A stretch of DNA of 64,000 bases, from positions 124,001-188,000 of IMG/VR virus record IMGVR_UViG_3300046507_000773; one strand, given 5' to 3'. Positions 28,301 through 37,380 of the stretch are shown here, in pieces. The notes below the pieces were generated by a model. That model saw nothing but the letters and a program-made list of their open reading frames with translations, had not been told where the DNA came from and searched no databases. The position numbers and the translations under genes were made by a program. How positions within the stretch are numbered: the first letter of the stretch is position 1; the number at the start of each line of letters is the position of its first letter.

Positions 28301-28762
28301 ATGGCGATATACAAGGCTCTGTTGATCCAGGACATCTCACAGTTCATTGAGCTGATTGAGCCGTACTTCAACAAGGCTTTAGAGGCATACGCTACCGAGA
28401 CGGAACTGGAATTCGAATCAGCACTGAAGTGGCTTATTGAAGAAGAGTTAGAGCAGATCTACGGACTGTTTGGCAAAGATCACGACCGCTATCATTTCCC
28501 ACATGCGGCAATACGTGACGCCATCGACAACATGACTCCCACGCCACTTAGCTGTATCGTTGCCCACCATATCGGTGCACCTGTTATTGACCACGACCAC
28601 AATGTAGTAGAGATACGGATCTGGAACCGCGACCTCTTGATCGAATACGTGCCGCTACAAAGTGACCCAATAAAGAGAACAAGTTACATAACCCGATTTC
28701 ATGAACAATCCATTCCCTTCCTCGAACGCAACACTTTATTTGGACCCGCGGCCAGTCGCTGA
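28301..28762 (+). CDS. Tandem paralog array member 1
   Basis: AAGGAG RBS; C-terminal RIWNRDLLIEY. Confidence 0.7.
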   Translation: MAIYKALLIQDISQFIELIEPYFNKALEAYATETELEFESALKWLIEEELEQIYGLFGKDHDRYHFPHAAIRDAIDNMTPTPLSCIVAHHIGAPVIDHDHNVVEIRIWNRDLLIEYVPLQSDPIKRTSYITRFHEQSIPFLERNTLFGPAASR

Positions 28763-29375
28763 ACTGATGCTGCACATGTACGGCGAACTCTTCAAGAAAC
28801 CCGAACCGCAGGGCTTCTTCTTGCCGTGGACTCGAAAGCCCGTCCTCATCGACAACAGCTTCCTCGTGATCAATCGCAAGGAAGAATTCGAACAAGGCTT
28901 AGCCATCAGCTTGGCCGACATCAGGAGCGTGAAAACGAACCTGTACAACACCGATGGCAAACTCGCGGTTCGTAAGGAAGACGTCAAGCACTTACGCCAG
29001 GAACGCGTAGTGCCGACTGTCCAACTTGACCTGCTCGAAGCCATGGTGGACGCATGCATTACCGACCTGTCCGCATGGGTTGGCGCCGCACACAAACCTG
29101 ATCCGGTTGACGTCGCAAAAGAATTTGTGATTACCGAACAGGAGTATTACATGAACCCCAGTCGTCAAATCGAGTACTCGGACTGGGCCACGGCTGGGAT
29201 CATTGGCGTACTGCGCATGGTCGAGCATTTCCTCAAACCCTTGATCCGGTTCATCGGCGACGACACCTGGATCATCCACGAGCGTCACCAATCCGGGAAC
29301 GACATCTATATCCGCAAGACCGTCGACTACCGCATCCAGGAATGGACACGCTTGAAGGAACTTGGCATCATCTAA
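28701..29375 (+). CDS. Tandem paralog array member 2 (longer, 224 aa)
   Basis: C-terminal HERHQSGNDIYIRKTVDYRIQEW; overlaps member 1 by 62 nt. Confidence 0.8.
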   Translation: MNNPFPSSNATLYLDPRPVAELMLHMYGELFKKPEPQGFFLPWTRKPVLIDNSFLVINRKEEFEQGLAISLADIRSVKTNLYNTDGKLAVRKEDVKHLRQERVVPTVQLDLLEAMVDACITDLSAWVGAAHKPDPVDVAKEFVITEQEYYMNPSRQIEYSDWATAGIIGVLRMVEHFLKPLIRFIGDDTWIIHERHQSGNDIYIRKTVDYRIQEWTRLKELGII

Positions 29376-29781
29376 CATGTCACGAATCAATAAGCTGATC
29401 TCGGTATCGGAAGTCGTAGAGGCATTTCGTTTCGACTACCGGACTTACGTCATGCAACGCTTGGCCGACCCACGCATGACGCCAGTGTCGATGAATACCG
29501 AGTTCGACCACTATCCCGTAATGCACGCCTTAGTCACCGAGGTGATGACCACTGGTGACGACGAAACCGCCGCTGGGCGGCATGTCGTGAATGCCATCAT
29601 GAATCAGGGTGTCGATATCTCGACCGCTACGGACATGGCATCCATTGGTCTTAAACGGCTTGTCACGGAAGTGGCAAGCTTCCTTCCTGGAATCACGTTC
29701 GCACAATTGCAGGAGGGTGACATGGCACTTTGTAATACGAGTGACCTCATGGTAAGTTACTCGGAAAAGGAGGAAGCATGA
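29362..29781 (+). CDS. Tandem paralog array member 3
   Basis: Overlapping start; C-terminal LCNTSDLMVSY. Confidence 0.7.
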   Translation: MASSNMSRINKLISVSEVVEAFRFDYRTYVMQRLADPRMTPVSMNTEFDHYPVMHALVTEVMTTGDDETAAGRHVVNAIMNQGVDISTATDMASIGLKRLVTEVASFLPGITFAQLQEGDMALCNTSDLMVSYSEKEEA

Positions 29782-30194
29782 GCGAAGTTCATGTGCTGCC
29801 GATCGCGGAGATTCTTCGAGAATACTTCTTGCTCGAGCATGTCTTCGATTTCTACGAGGAAGGCTTGCGCGGCCTTGTTCGTGACCACGTCTTAATAAGT
29901 ACATCCATCGTTTGCGACATCCATGAAGACGACATGGAAGATGACGATGCTGATCCTCTCGTCAACAAGATCGTTCAAGCATATCGCATGAATAATCTTG
30001 GCTACCGCAATGACTACTACAACAACAATGATGAGCGACGCTTAGCATCGGCGCTACATCGGTCGCGGGAAATTCGTTTGATGATCAACCGTTTAATGTA
30101 TGTGCTATTTCGCGGCAGTGTCTACAACATCCATCCGCAGCGCTTTCAATGGCTGGGCAATGACCTCGTGGTGCACATGGACCTTTGGGAATAA
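29778..30194 (+). CDS. Tandem paralog array member 4
   Basis: AGGAGG RBS; C-terminal RFQWLGNDLVVH. Confidence 0.75.
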   Translation: MSEVHVLPIAEILREYFLLEHVFDFYEEGLRGLVRDHVLISTSIVCDIHEDDMEDDDADPLVNKIVQAYRMNNLGYRNDYYNNNDERRLASALHRSREIRLMINRLMYVLFRGSVYNIHPQRFQWLGNDLVVHMDLWE

Positions 30195-30197
30195 GCC

Positions 30198-30629
30198 ATG
30201 TACGTTCGATACCTGATCAACATCAAGCGGGAACTCAGAGCGTTCACAGGCTTAGTCGTGGAAATCGACATGCCGCCTTTCGACATCGATGCAGCACTTT
30301 CTCGCATCTTCGACTGCTTTCAAGAAAAAGCAACCGCAATGCAGATGCTACACAACGTGGCGATGGACATGGCTGATCACGACGCGCTCTTTGAGAACGA
30401 GTGTCTCGAAAGCTTTCAAAGGGAACGCCTCTATTATGCCATCCAGAACCTGGGCAAGAAGATCAAGTTCCACCTGGATGACATCGACCCCTACGTGAAC
30501 GGGAAGTTCCGTTTTTCCTACAGAAGGACTTTTTATGGCTGTGCGCTCCTCATGGCCGATGAACGTTCAATTGGTTTTAACTCCAGAGACTATCGTCCTC
30601 GACACACGAGAAGACCTGGAGATCTTTGA
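30198..30629 (+). CDS. Tandem paralog array member 5
   Basis: C-terminal FSYRRTFYGCALLM. Confidence 0.7.
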   Translation: MYVRYLINIKRELRAFTGLVVEIDMPPFDIDAALSRIFDCFQEKATAMQMLHNVAMDMADHDALFENECLESFQRERLYYAIQNLGKKIKFHLDDIDPYVNGKFRFSYRRTFYGCALLMADERSIGFNSRDYRPRHTRRPGDL

Positions 30630-30963
30630 GTCGTACTTGGTGCGAACCGAGAACGTCAAGGAAAACCAGGAATACATCGAGCAAATACTGCAAGAGCTCA
30701 TCATGGACTTGATGAGCAAAGAAGATGCCAACTACAGCATCACCTATAGTGCTTACGAGTTACTCTCGTACAGCATCTACGGTCACGGATACGACGATCA
30801 TGCCAAGCAGCTTTCGGACTTCTACGAGAAACTTGCCAACAAGGTTCTCCAGCGTCTGGAACAACTGAACGCGTACCGTGGTGATCGCTTGATCTATCAT
30901 TACACGCGGCGCTTGGGTGGTGACATCGTCTTGACTCGAATTCGCCTCGACACAGGAGAGTAA
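30559..30963 (+). CDS. Tandem paralog array member 6
   Basis: PETIVLD N-terminus; C-terminal YHYTRRLGGDIVL. Confidence 0.75.
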   Translation: MNVQLVLTPETIVLDTREDLEIFESYLVRTENVKENQEYIEQILQELIMDLMSKEDANYSITYSAYELLSYSIYGHGYDDHAKQLSDFYEKLANKVLQRLEQLNAYRGDRLIYHYTRRLGGDIVLTRIRLDTGE

Positions 30964-31410
30964 ATGTTTGGTGAAACCATGTTCAGGAAGCAGTTAGAGG
31001 AAAAGCTTCCTGAACGTATCGTCATCGACGGCGCTTACTTCTGGGAGCAATTCGATATGCCCAGTTTGACGTTTAAGCTGGGACAGGAAGATGCACAGAC
31101 GATTCTTTACGATATCATCACCAAGTTCTTGACGATGAATGATCCGGACGTTGCGGACTTCGCTATCGAGATTCCTGATTTTAATCGTATGCGAGATAAG
31201 GAAGTGGCAGGCGATACGAGCAAAGTGCAAGAGATCATCCAGGCAGCTAAGCGCGTGGAAGAAGATCTGTTTCACACGTTCTCACGCCTTAACACTTTCA
31301 ACGACAAGAACCAATTCTCGTACGCGTTTGAACGCTTCCTCGGTAAAGACATCGTCATTAACAAACTTTCGTCTTATCGTCTTTCGAATTACAACTTGGA
31401 GTTTCCATGA
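30964..31410 (+). CDS. Tandem paralog array member 7
   Basis: AGGAG RBS; PERIVID N-terminus; C-terminal YAFERFLGKDIVI. Confidence 0.75.
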   Translation: MFGETMFRKQLEEKLPERIVIDGAYFWEQFDMPSLTFKLGQEDAQTILYDIITKFLTMNDPDVADFAIEIPDFNRMRDKEVAGDTSKVQEIIQAAKRVEEDLFHTFSRLNTFNDKNQFSYAFERFLGKDIVINKLSSYRLSNYNLEFP

Positions 31411-31817
31411 TTTCTTCCTCTGCCTTTCAGCCGGATGGCAAGTATTCCTTCGAGGTCTACCCTGCCGCCCTTCTGCCAACCGACTTTACCAACGTCACCG
31501 TCTTCGGTGTCGTGAACGAACGTCTGGCCCGCAAGTTCATCGCCACGCGTGAACTGCACGCCAATTACTACCCGATGCTCCCGGCAGGTACGCCCAATGA
31601 TGCAGCAGCTTACGGCTACTTGCACATCATGCTCTCGACCGGTGTGGAAACGGTGGTGGGCCTGGCGTGGATCAAACCGGACAGCGTCAAGTCGACGACC
31701 TGGAAAACCTTCGACGTCACGATCCAAACGTCGGACCCGGATGCAGCCAACCGTATCCGCCTGGCCTTGGTGTCGAACAACATCAACGACTTCGAAATCA
31801 AAGCCCGTAACTCTTAA
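31407..31817 (+). CDS. Conserved hypothetical protein (136 aa), beta-rich and unrelated to the array
   Basis: GGAG RBS; overlaps the upstream stop; codon bias. Confidence 0.75.
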   Translation: MISSSAFQPDGKYSFEVYPAALLPTDFTNVTVFGVVNERLARKFIATRELHANYYPMLPAGTPNDAAAYGYLHIMLSTGVETVVGLAWIKPDSVKSTTWKTFDVTIQTSDPDAANRIRLALVSNNINDFEIKARNS

Positions 31818-31879
31818 GTTGCGCAACATCATGAGGAGGTTAGTGTATTTTTTACGCGTGCACCCCATGATGTGACAGG

Positions 31880-32155
31880 AAGGGATTGGCAGTCCCGGCT
31901 CGCCTAATTCGATGTTTGTTTTAGGAATCCCCTTGGACCGCAGGGGAAAATGCTAGATGAAATGATTGTAACCGTCGGAAGCGCCTGCTAAGCGCTTTGT
32001 GGGGTGGTGCTTGCATTGAGTGCTCTCTTTGGAGATCGCGCTTTGATCAACAAGGATCGAAGCACCTTTGTAAGTTCCATATCGACGAATCAGTCTGGAC
32101 ATCTGTACCAGGTCATTTTGAGGGGGGCTTCGGCTCCCCTCTTTTTTTTATGCCG
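31880..32155 (+). ncRNA. Candidate structured non-coding RNA
   Basis: Stems AAGCGC/GCGCTT (31979-31997) and GGTGCTT/AAGCACC (32006-32066); ends in a UUCG-loop terminator followed by TATGCCG. Confidence 0.4.
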
Positions 32156-32191
32156 CATTTTACTTCTTCTTTTTTTGTTGCGATCAAGAAA

Positions 32192-32218
32192 ATCTCAACG
32201 ATATATTACGATTGTGAG
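32192..32218 (+). promoter_or_regulatory. Putative early promoter
   Basis: ATATATTAC-GATT-GTGAG at 32201-32218. Confidence 0.6.
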
Positions 32219-32257
32219 CCTTAACCCGCTCTCAACGTTTTTATAAGGAGAAGAAAA

Positions 32258-32557
32258 ATGATAAACGTCGATAACAAAGTAGTAATCCTAGAAAGAATCG
32301 CCAAACAAAAGCGACGCCACTTGATCCGCATGTTTGAAGACCTTCGTCGTCAATACAGCGAACTTCGTGCTTTCTATCTAGTGACCTTAACGGATGCCCA
32401 GTTCGTCATCTCGCTTGCCCACATCGATGCAGTCTTCGATCACGGCCGAGATGCTTACTTGCGCCAAGACATGAATGAACTTAGCTATGCGCTTCACGAG
32501 ATCATTCGTCTATCCAAAGTGCCAACGCAGCACTGGAGCTTGCATTTCAAGATGTAA
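32258..32557 (+). CDS. Small conserved protein upstream of DNA polymerase (phiKZ gp49 position)
   Basis: AAGGAG RBS; synteny. Confidence 0.65.
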   Translation: MINVDNKVVILERIAKQKRRHLIRMFEDLRRQYSELRAFYLVTLTDAQFVISLAHIDAVFDHGRDAYLRQDMNELSYALHEIIRLSKVPTQHWSLHFKM

Positions 32558-32663
32558 CATATTGGGGAGCATTTAGCTCCCCGTTTATGCCGCCAATGTA
32601 GTATCGATTTAAAAAAACCCACCCTCCCAATGTTATAGCCCTAACAGCAGAGGAGTCGTAAGA

Positions 32664-34844
32664 ATGGGTAACATGTCGGACCAGAACCCCTTTGTATTAC
32701 CGATCGATCAGTATAAACGCGATATTGACGTCATCAAGCATTACGTGCATCAAACCTCGCGTTACATCAGCTTGCGTACCGGCTGCGACTTGCGTAAGGC
32801 AGTCGACTATGTCCGCAACGTTTTGAAGCCTGGTGGCAAACATGCACTGCGCGACCCCATCGTCAAGATGCTCGAGCGTGGTGCAAATGGTGACCGCGAT
32901 TACGCGCAAACCACGTTGTCGCAATTCCTGCAAGAAGTCATCGCTGATGAAAGCCTCATCGCGCCGACCCTGACGGTGTACCATCCGCGTCACAAGAAAC
33001 GCTCGTTCCTTGTCGACTTCGTGGATCAAAACATCGCCAAGCGTAACAAGAACAAGAAGTTGAAGTTCTCTGCCAAGATGGCAGGTGACAATGTTTTGGC
33101 AGGTATTATGGACAACCGCCAGAACAACAACAAGACGAGCAACAACTCGTTGTCCGGTGCCCACGTCTCGTACTCCACTCCCCTGGCGAACAAGACTGCG
33201 CACAGTACCTTGACCTCGACTTGTCGCACCACATCGGGTTACGGTAACGCCAACAACGAAAAGCTTCTGGACGGTAACCGGCATTACCACAGCCCGGACA
33301 TCGTTCGCAACAACATCATCTCCATCGTCTACCACAGCAACTACGACCAGATCGAGTTGGCGATGGAAAAGTTCGGGATTCGTCATCCGACTGTCGATGA
33401 AGTCATGGAGTGCATCACGTACTCGACCAACCTCTACTGGCGCGCCCCACGTGACCTGGAGGACATCCGTAAGACTGTGGAATGCTTGACGCCTATCCAG
33501 CGCTCGGCTTTCACTTATACGGGTGACATGTATCACCTCATGAAGTTCAACGAAGAAATGATGCGTGGCTTCGTTTCCAAGTTGTCCCAGCGTGCGACCT
33601 GGGAACATCCAGACGCCGACAATGCTTTCGCTACCCTGCCGGAAACCTATGTTCACCTGGCGGTGCAGATCTGCGAAGACTTCATGAAGGGCAACGAGAT
33701 CGACAAGAAGAACCGTACCATCATCAAGAAGGGTAAGGAAGTCGATCCGGTGCAAGGACCTATCTGGTTCCGCATCGCTGCAGCAACTGCGCAAAACATC
33801 AACGACACGCTCGAAGAGCATCGTGAAATGATTCGCGCCTTCTGGGTAACGCCCAATGTCCCGGCAAGTCTCGCACACTTCCCCGACAGTATCCGTCGCT
33901 CGGCAATCATGAGTGATACGGACTCGACCATCTTCACCGTGCAAGACTGGGTGATCTGGCACGAGAACGGCCTGTCGTTCAGCCCGAAAGCCAACGGTGT
34001 GGCAGCAACCATGATTTTCCTGGCATCGCAAACCATCACCCACGTGCTGGCCAAGATGTCTGCTAATATGGGCATCGAACGCGATCGTCTGTTTAAGATC
34101 GCCATGAAGAACGAGTACAAGTTCGACGTCTTCGTTCCGACCCAGGTGGCAAAGCACTACTTCGCACAGATCGGCTGCCAAGAAGGTAACCTCTACGAGA
34201 AGTACGATACCGAGATCAAGGGTGTGCACCTGAAGAACTCGAACGTTTCCAAAGCCATCATGAAGCAGGCCGAGGAACTGATGCAGCACATCATGAATAC
34301 CGTCATCCGTGGCGAACTCATCGATTTGCGCGCCATCCTGAAACAAGTCGCCGACACCGAGCGAGGCATTGTGGACGCCATCCGTACCGGCAGCCACGAG
34401 TACTTCAAGTTCCTCAACATCAAAACCCCGGACTCGTACACCAAGGGTGAAGATGAATCGGCTTACCAAAGCTACCTGCTCTGGGAAGAAGTGTTTGCAC
34501 CAAAGTACGGCAATACCCTGCCCCCGCCTTACACTGCGATTAAAGTCTCGGTTGATCTGGATAAGCCTTTCCTGACCAATCAGTGGCTCGCCGCAATGCA
34601 GGACAAGGAACTGGCAGAACGCATGAAAGCATGGATCAAAAAGACTGGCAAGAAGGGTTTCACGACCATGAACCTGCCGGCCGAAGTTGTTGCAGCTCGT
34701 GGTATTCCAGAAGAGATCTTTACCATGATCGACACCCGCAAGATCGTTTTGGGGATGACGACCGTGTTCTACATCATTCTTGAAACCTTGGGCGTCTACA
34801 TGTTGAACGGTAAAACCACCCGCCTTTGCATGGATGAACATTAA
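32664..34844 (+). CDS. DNA polymerase, family-B-like catalytic subunit (phiKZ gp50-like)
   Basis: QNNNKTSNNSLSG (motif B-like), MSDTDS (motif C) and EIKGVHLKNS. No exonuclease domain, as in chimalliviruses where it is encoded separately. Confidence 0.88.
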   Translation: MGNMSDQNPFVLPIDQYKRDIDVIKHYVHQTSRYISLRTGCDLRKAVDYVRNVLKPGGKHALRDPIVKMLERGANGDRDYAQTTLSQFLQEVIADESLIAPTLTVYHPRHKKRSFLVDFVDQNIAKRNKNKKLKFSAKMAGDNVLAGIMDNRQNNNKTSNNSLSGAHVSYSTPLANKTAHSTLTSTCRTTSGYGNANNEKLLDGNRHYHSPDIVRNNIISIVYHSNYDQIELAMEKFGIRHPTVDEVMECITYSTNLYWRAPRDLEDIRKTVECLTPIQRSAFTYTGDMYHLMKFNEEMMRGFVSKLSQRATWEHPDADNAFATLPETYVHLAVQICEDFMKGNEIDKKNRTIIKKGKEVDPVQGPIWFRIAAATAQNINDTLEEHREMIRAFWVTPNVPASLAHFPDSIRRSAIMSDTDSTIFTVQDWVIWHENGLSFSPKANGVAATMIFLASQTITHVLAKMSANMGIERDRLFKIAMKNEYKFDVFVPTQVAKHYFAQIGCQEGNLYEKYDTEIKGVHLKNSNVSKAIMKQAEELMQHIMNTVIRGELIDLRAILKQVADTERGIVDAIRTGSHEYFKFLNIKTPDSYTKGEDESAYQSYLLWEEVFAPKYGNTLPPPYTAIKVSVDLDKPFLTNQWLAAMQDKELAERMKAWIKKTGKKGFTTMNLPAEVVAARGIPEEIFTMIDTRKIVLGMTTVFYIILETLGVYMLNGKTTRLCMDEH

Positions 34845-34949
34845 TCAGTAGTACGCCTAGAAATCCATTCTGGGCAAGGAGAGAGCTATTCTTTGAGTAG
34901 CTCTCTCCCCATCTATGCCGTACTTGTCCAAAACTAAACGAGGTCTACC

Positions 34950-35453
34950 ATGTCTCACATTGTCCTGGGTGAAGAACACATTGAAGTGCTCTATCTGCTC
35001 TTGAATGATGAGCACGATGCAAAGTTCTACTTCCCCCACTATCGTGCCACCTGTATCGAACTTGCTAACGCAGGTTACATGCTGGTTGAGAATCGCCGCA
35101 CAAAAGAAGAAATGATCAAGATCACTCCCGATGGTCTTCGCGCTTTCTGTCGGCATTTCGATACCAACAACGTAATGCATGCCCTCAAGAAGAAGGTGCA
35201 TCAAAAGCCTTACAGCTACGAGCATTACGACTTACTGCACAAACTGATCACCAAGAATCCGATTGCAGCAACAGATATCGACAAGCTCATCATCGCATTT
35301 GACTTGGTCAATGGCGGCTGGGCTAAGACAATCTTCACCACGAGTGGCGCCATCTACTACACCAGTACCCATCAAGGGCACCTGGCGTTCTGTCAACACT
35401 ACTCGGAGTACTCGCTTGTTCCAGCTGAAGAGAAACACCGGCTTGCAGCATAA
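34950..35453 (+). CDS. Putative tandem winged-helix protein
   Basis: Two ~60-aa repeats ending ITPDGLRAF and STHQGHLAF. Confidence 0.5.
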   Translation: MSHIVLGEEHIEVLYLLLNDEHDAKFYFPHYRATCIELANAGYMLVENRRTKEEMIKITPDGLRAFCRHFDTNNVMHALKKKVHQKPYSYEHYDLLHKLITKNPIAATDIDKLIIAFDLVNGGWAKTIFTTSGAIYYTSTHQGHLAFCQHYSEYSLVPAEEKHRLAA

Positions 35454-35517
35454 CCCGGCATACAACCCTACCCGACTTCAAACGAGGCCGAGTAGGGTTG
35501 TGTCGGGCTTTATGCCG
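35445..35517. terminator. Bidirectional hairpin with doubled GCAGCATA/CGGCATA and TTTATGCCG arms
   Basis: CAACCCTAC...GTAGGGTTG stem between convergent genes. Confidence 0.7.
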
Positions 35518-35908
35518 CCGTATTCATGCCGGCGATCCAGCGCAGCGTCTTCAGCAGGTAACCTTCACGGTCCCATGCTGCGTTGAACGCTTCTTCGAAC
35601 GAGTACTTCTCGCCGAGCTCGGTATTGAACTCGGTGCCTTCGACGGTGTGCGAGAAACCGAAGAACACGGTGCCGTTCATCATGGTCAGGCGGCAGATCA
35701 TGGTGCGACCGTTCGGCTCCATCGAGAACGATTTCTCGGCGATCATGGACTTGAGATAGTCGGGCGTGACTTTCGGTGGCAGTTTGTCCAGCGACAGCAG
35801 GGCGATGTTGGAGACGTTACCGCCCACCATTTCAAAACGCTGTTGGAAAGCAGCGATGCGTTCTTCGCTGCTGGCGCCTGCTACGACTTTCGGATATTGA
35901 TCGGACAT
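35510..35908 (-). CDS. Phage_gp49_66 (PF13876) family protein; Acb4-like cyclic-nucleotide sponge candidate
   Basis: PKVTP..I........T.ICRLTMMNG...G.S......FN.ELG......A...W..EGYLLK matches the N4 gp49/Sf6 gp66 family pattern as recalled. Confidence 0.75.
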   Translation of the reverse strand: MSDQYPKVVAGASSEERIAAFQQRFEMVGGNVSNIALLSLDKLPPKVTPDYLKSMIAEKSFSMEPNGRTMICRLTMMNGTVFFGFSHTVEGTEFNTELGEKYSFEEAFNAAWDREGYLLKTLRWIAGMNTAA

Positions 35909-35916
35909 GTGATTCC

Positions 35917-37011
35917 TTAAATGGTTTGGGATTTGATGGCGTCAATCTGACTTTGGACTTCGAGGTAATACTCGAGCGGCAACATCTGTTCCATGATTCG
36001 GTCCGATTCGTAACGCTGAATGGACTTGACGATCTGATTGACTTCAGTACGGTTCCTGGTACCAGGACCACCCTTGGAGGCACGGAAGAGGAAACTAATA
36101 GCGCTAAGCCTGCAAATGGTAAGCGCCCAGTCAACTTGACGAGTCGCAGCCATGCCAGGCAAGTGCATCAGTTCTTCCATGTTCTCTTTAGTAGCCATTG
36201 GTACAGTTCGCATAATGGTTACAAAGTCCCGGTAATTTTGCACAAAGTCTTTGAGGATCTTTGTGTGCACTGTGACAATTTTATCGTCGTAGTCAATTAA
36301 ATGAAAGGGGTGTTTGACTTTGTTGTAACCAAGCGGGGCACCCTTTGCCATGAAACTGATCCGGTTGAAGAGGACCACATCCAGATGTGAGAAGAGCATG
36401 TTCGGAAGAACGTACATCCGGACAAAGTGGGCCATCGACAATTCGCTCTCGCCGTACTGACCACGTTCCATCCATTCGTTGCGACGAAACGCCCGGTACT
36501 GGACCATCAGCATCGGGATGTTGATCGCAATCACGGCCATCCCGGATTCCACGCCAGTCGTGCGACCATCTGGGATATTAATACCGGTGTCTGAAATAGG
36601 ATGACTAAGAGCGCGTACCGGACAGACATTCTGCCAGTTGCGGTTGGCCTCGAAGATATCGAAGTAGTCCGTGTGAGCGATGAGGATCTCCGGGCAGTCT
36701 TTGCCGTAGAAGACGCCATCGAAGACTTCGCCCTTACTTACGGACGATGTCATTTTTAATGCCCTCGCAGTATTTAATGAAACCGCATCGACGTTGGCGT
36801 AGTAACGTTCGAGGTTGTGCGAGAGCGGGATATTGATGGAGTGCATCAATCGCACCAGGAAATGGTGGTTGACCACAGCCGTGGGATTCTTGCGGTAGTA
36901 ACTTAAGACAGTTCCCAGGTTCTGCTTCAAGCCAGCGCGCACGTACTTCCAGCCGGAAGCAGTGACGACTCCTTGCGGCACGGGGGACTCAGAAGAGAAA
37001 AGCTTGTACAT
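35917..37011 (-). CDS. Conserved chimallivirus core protein (phiKZ gp52-like)
   Basis: 364 aa, divergent from chimallin, downstream of DNA polymerase; synteny. Confidence 0.65.
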   Translation of the reverse strand: MYKLFSSESPVPQGVVTASGWKYVRAGLKQNLGTVLSYYRKNPTAVVNHHFLVRLMHSINIPLSHNLERYYANVDAVSLNTARALKMTSSVSKGEVFDGVFYGKDCPEILIAHTDYFDIFEANRNWQNVCPVRALSHPISDTGINIPDGRTTGVESGMAVIAINIPMLMVQYRAFRRNEWMERGQYGESELSMAHFVRMYVLPNMLFSHLDVVLFNRISFMAKGAPLGYNKVKHPFHLIDYDDKIVTVHTKILKDFVQNYRDFVTIMRTVPMATKENMEELMHLPGMAATRQVDWALTICRLSAISFLFRASKGGPGTRNRTEVNQIVKSIQRYESDRIMEQMLPLEYYLEVQSQIDAIKSQTI

Positions 37012-37278
37012 GACGGCTGCCTAGTTATGTTAGAGGGATGTTAGCATAAAATGACAGGGCTTGTTGGGCCAGTCCTTGTCTCTTTATTAGAAGGAGAAAT
37101 AAAAGAAGAGATCAATCGTCCGCCGCATGGGTAGAATTGATCTTGGAATTTTTTACTCACATGCACCTATGGTATAGAACGAGATCTCAAAGTCTTGGGC
37201 TAAACCAAACCGCCGAGTTGAAACATACTTGGCGGGGCGGCGTATAATGCATACCGTGGGTTATGTTGGATTCCAAGA

Positions 37279-37306
37279 TTTTTCAAACCCATATCACGAA
37301 CTTGAA
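37279..37306 (+). promoter_or_regulatory. Putative early promoter of chmA
   Basis: TTTTTCAAAC-CCATATCAC-GAAC-TTG. A second variant, ACATGCAC...GTATAGAAC, lies at 37158-37180. Confidence 0.5.
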
Positions 37307-37380
37307 ATTGTAGTAGCAATGCTTCGATTTCAACATGTTTGCGCAAACATTTATTAATAGAAAAGAAAGGTAACACTATC

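Noticed and set aside
32004-32246. 80-aa ORF in the gap before the gp49-like gene
   Set aside because: It runs through a terminator, a T-run and a promoter, has no RBS and shows atypical codon usage.
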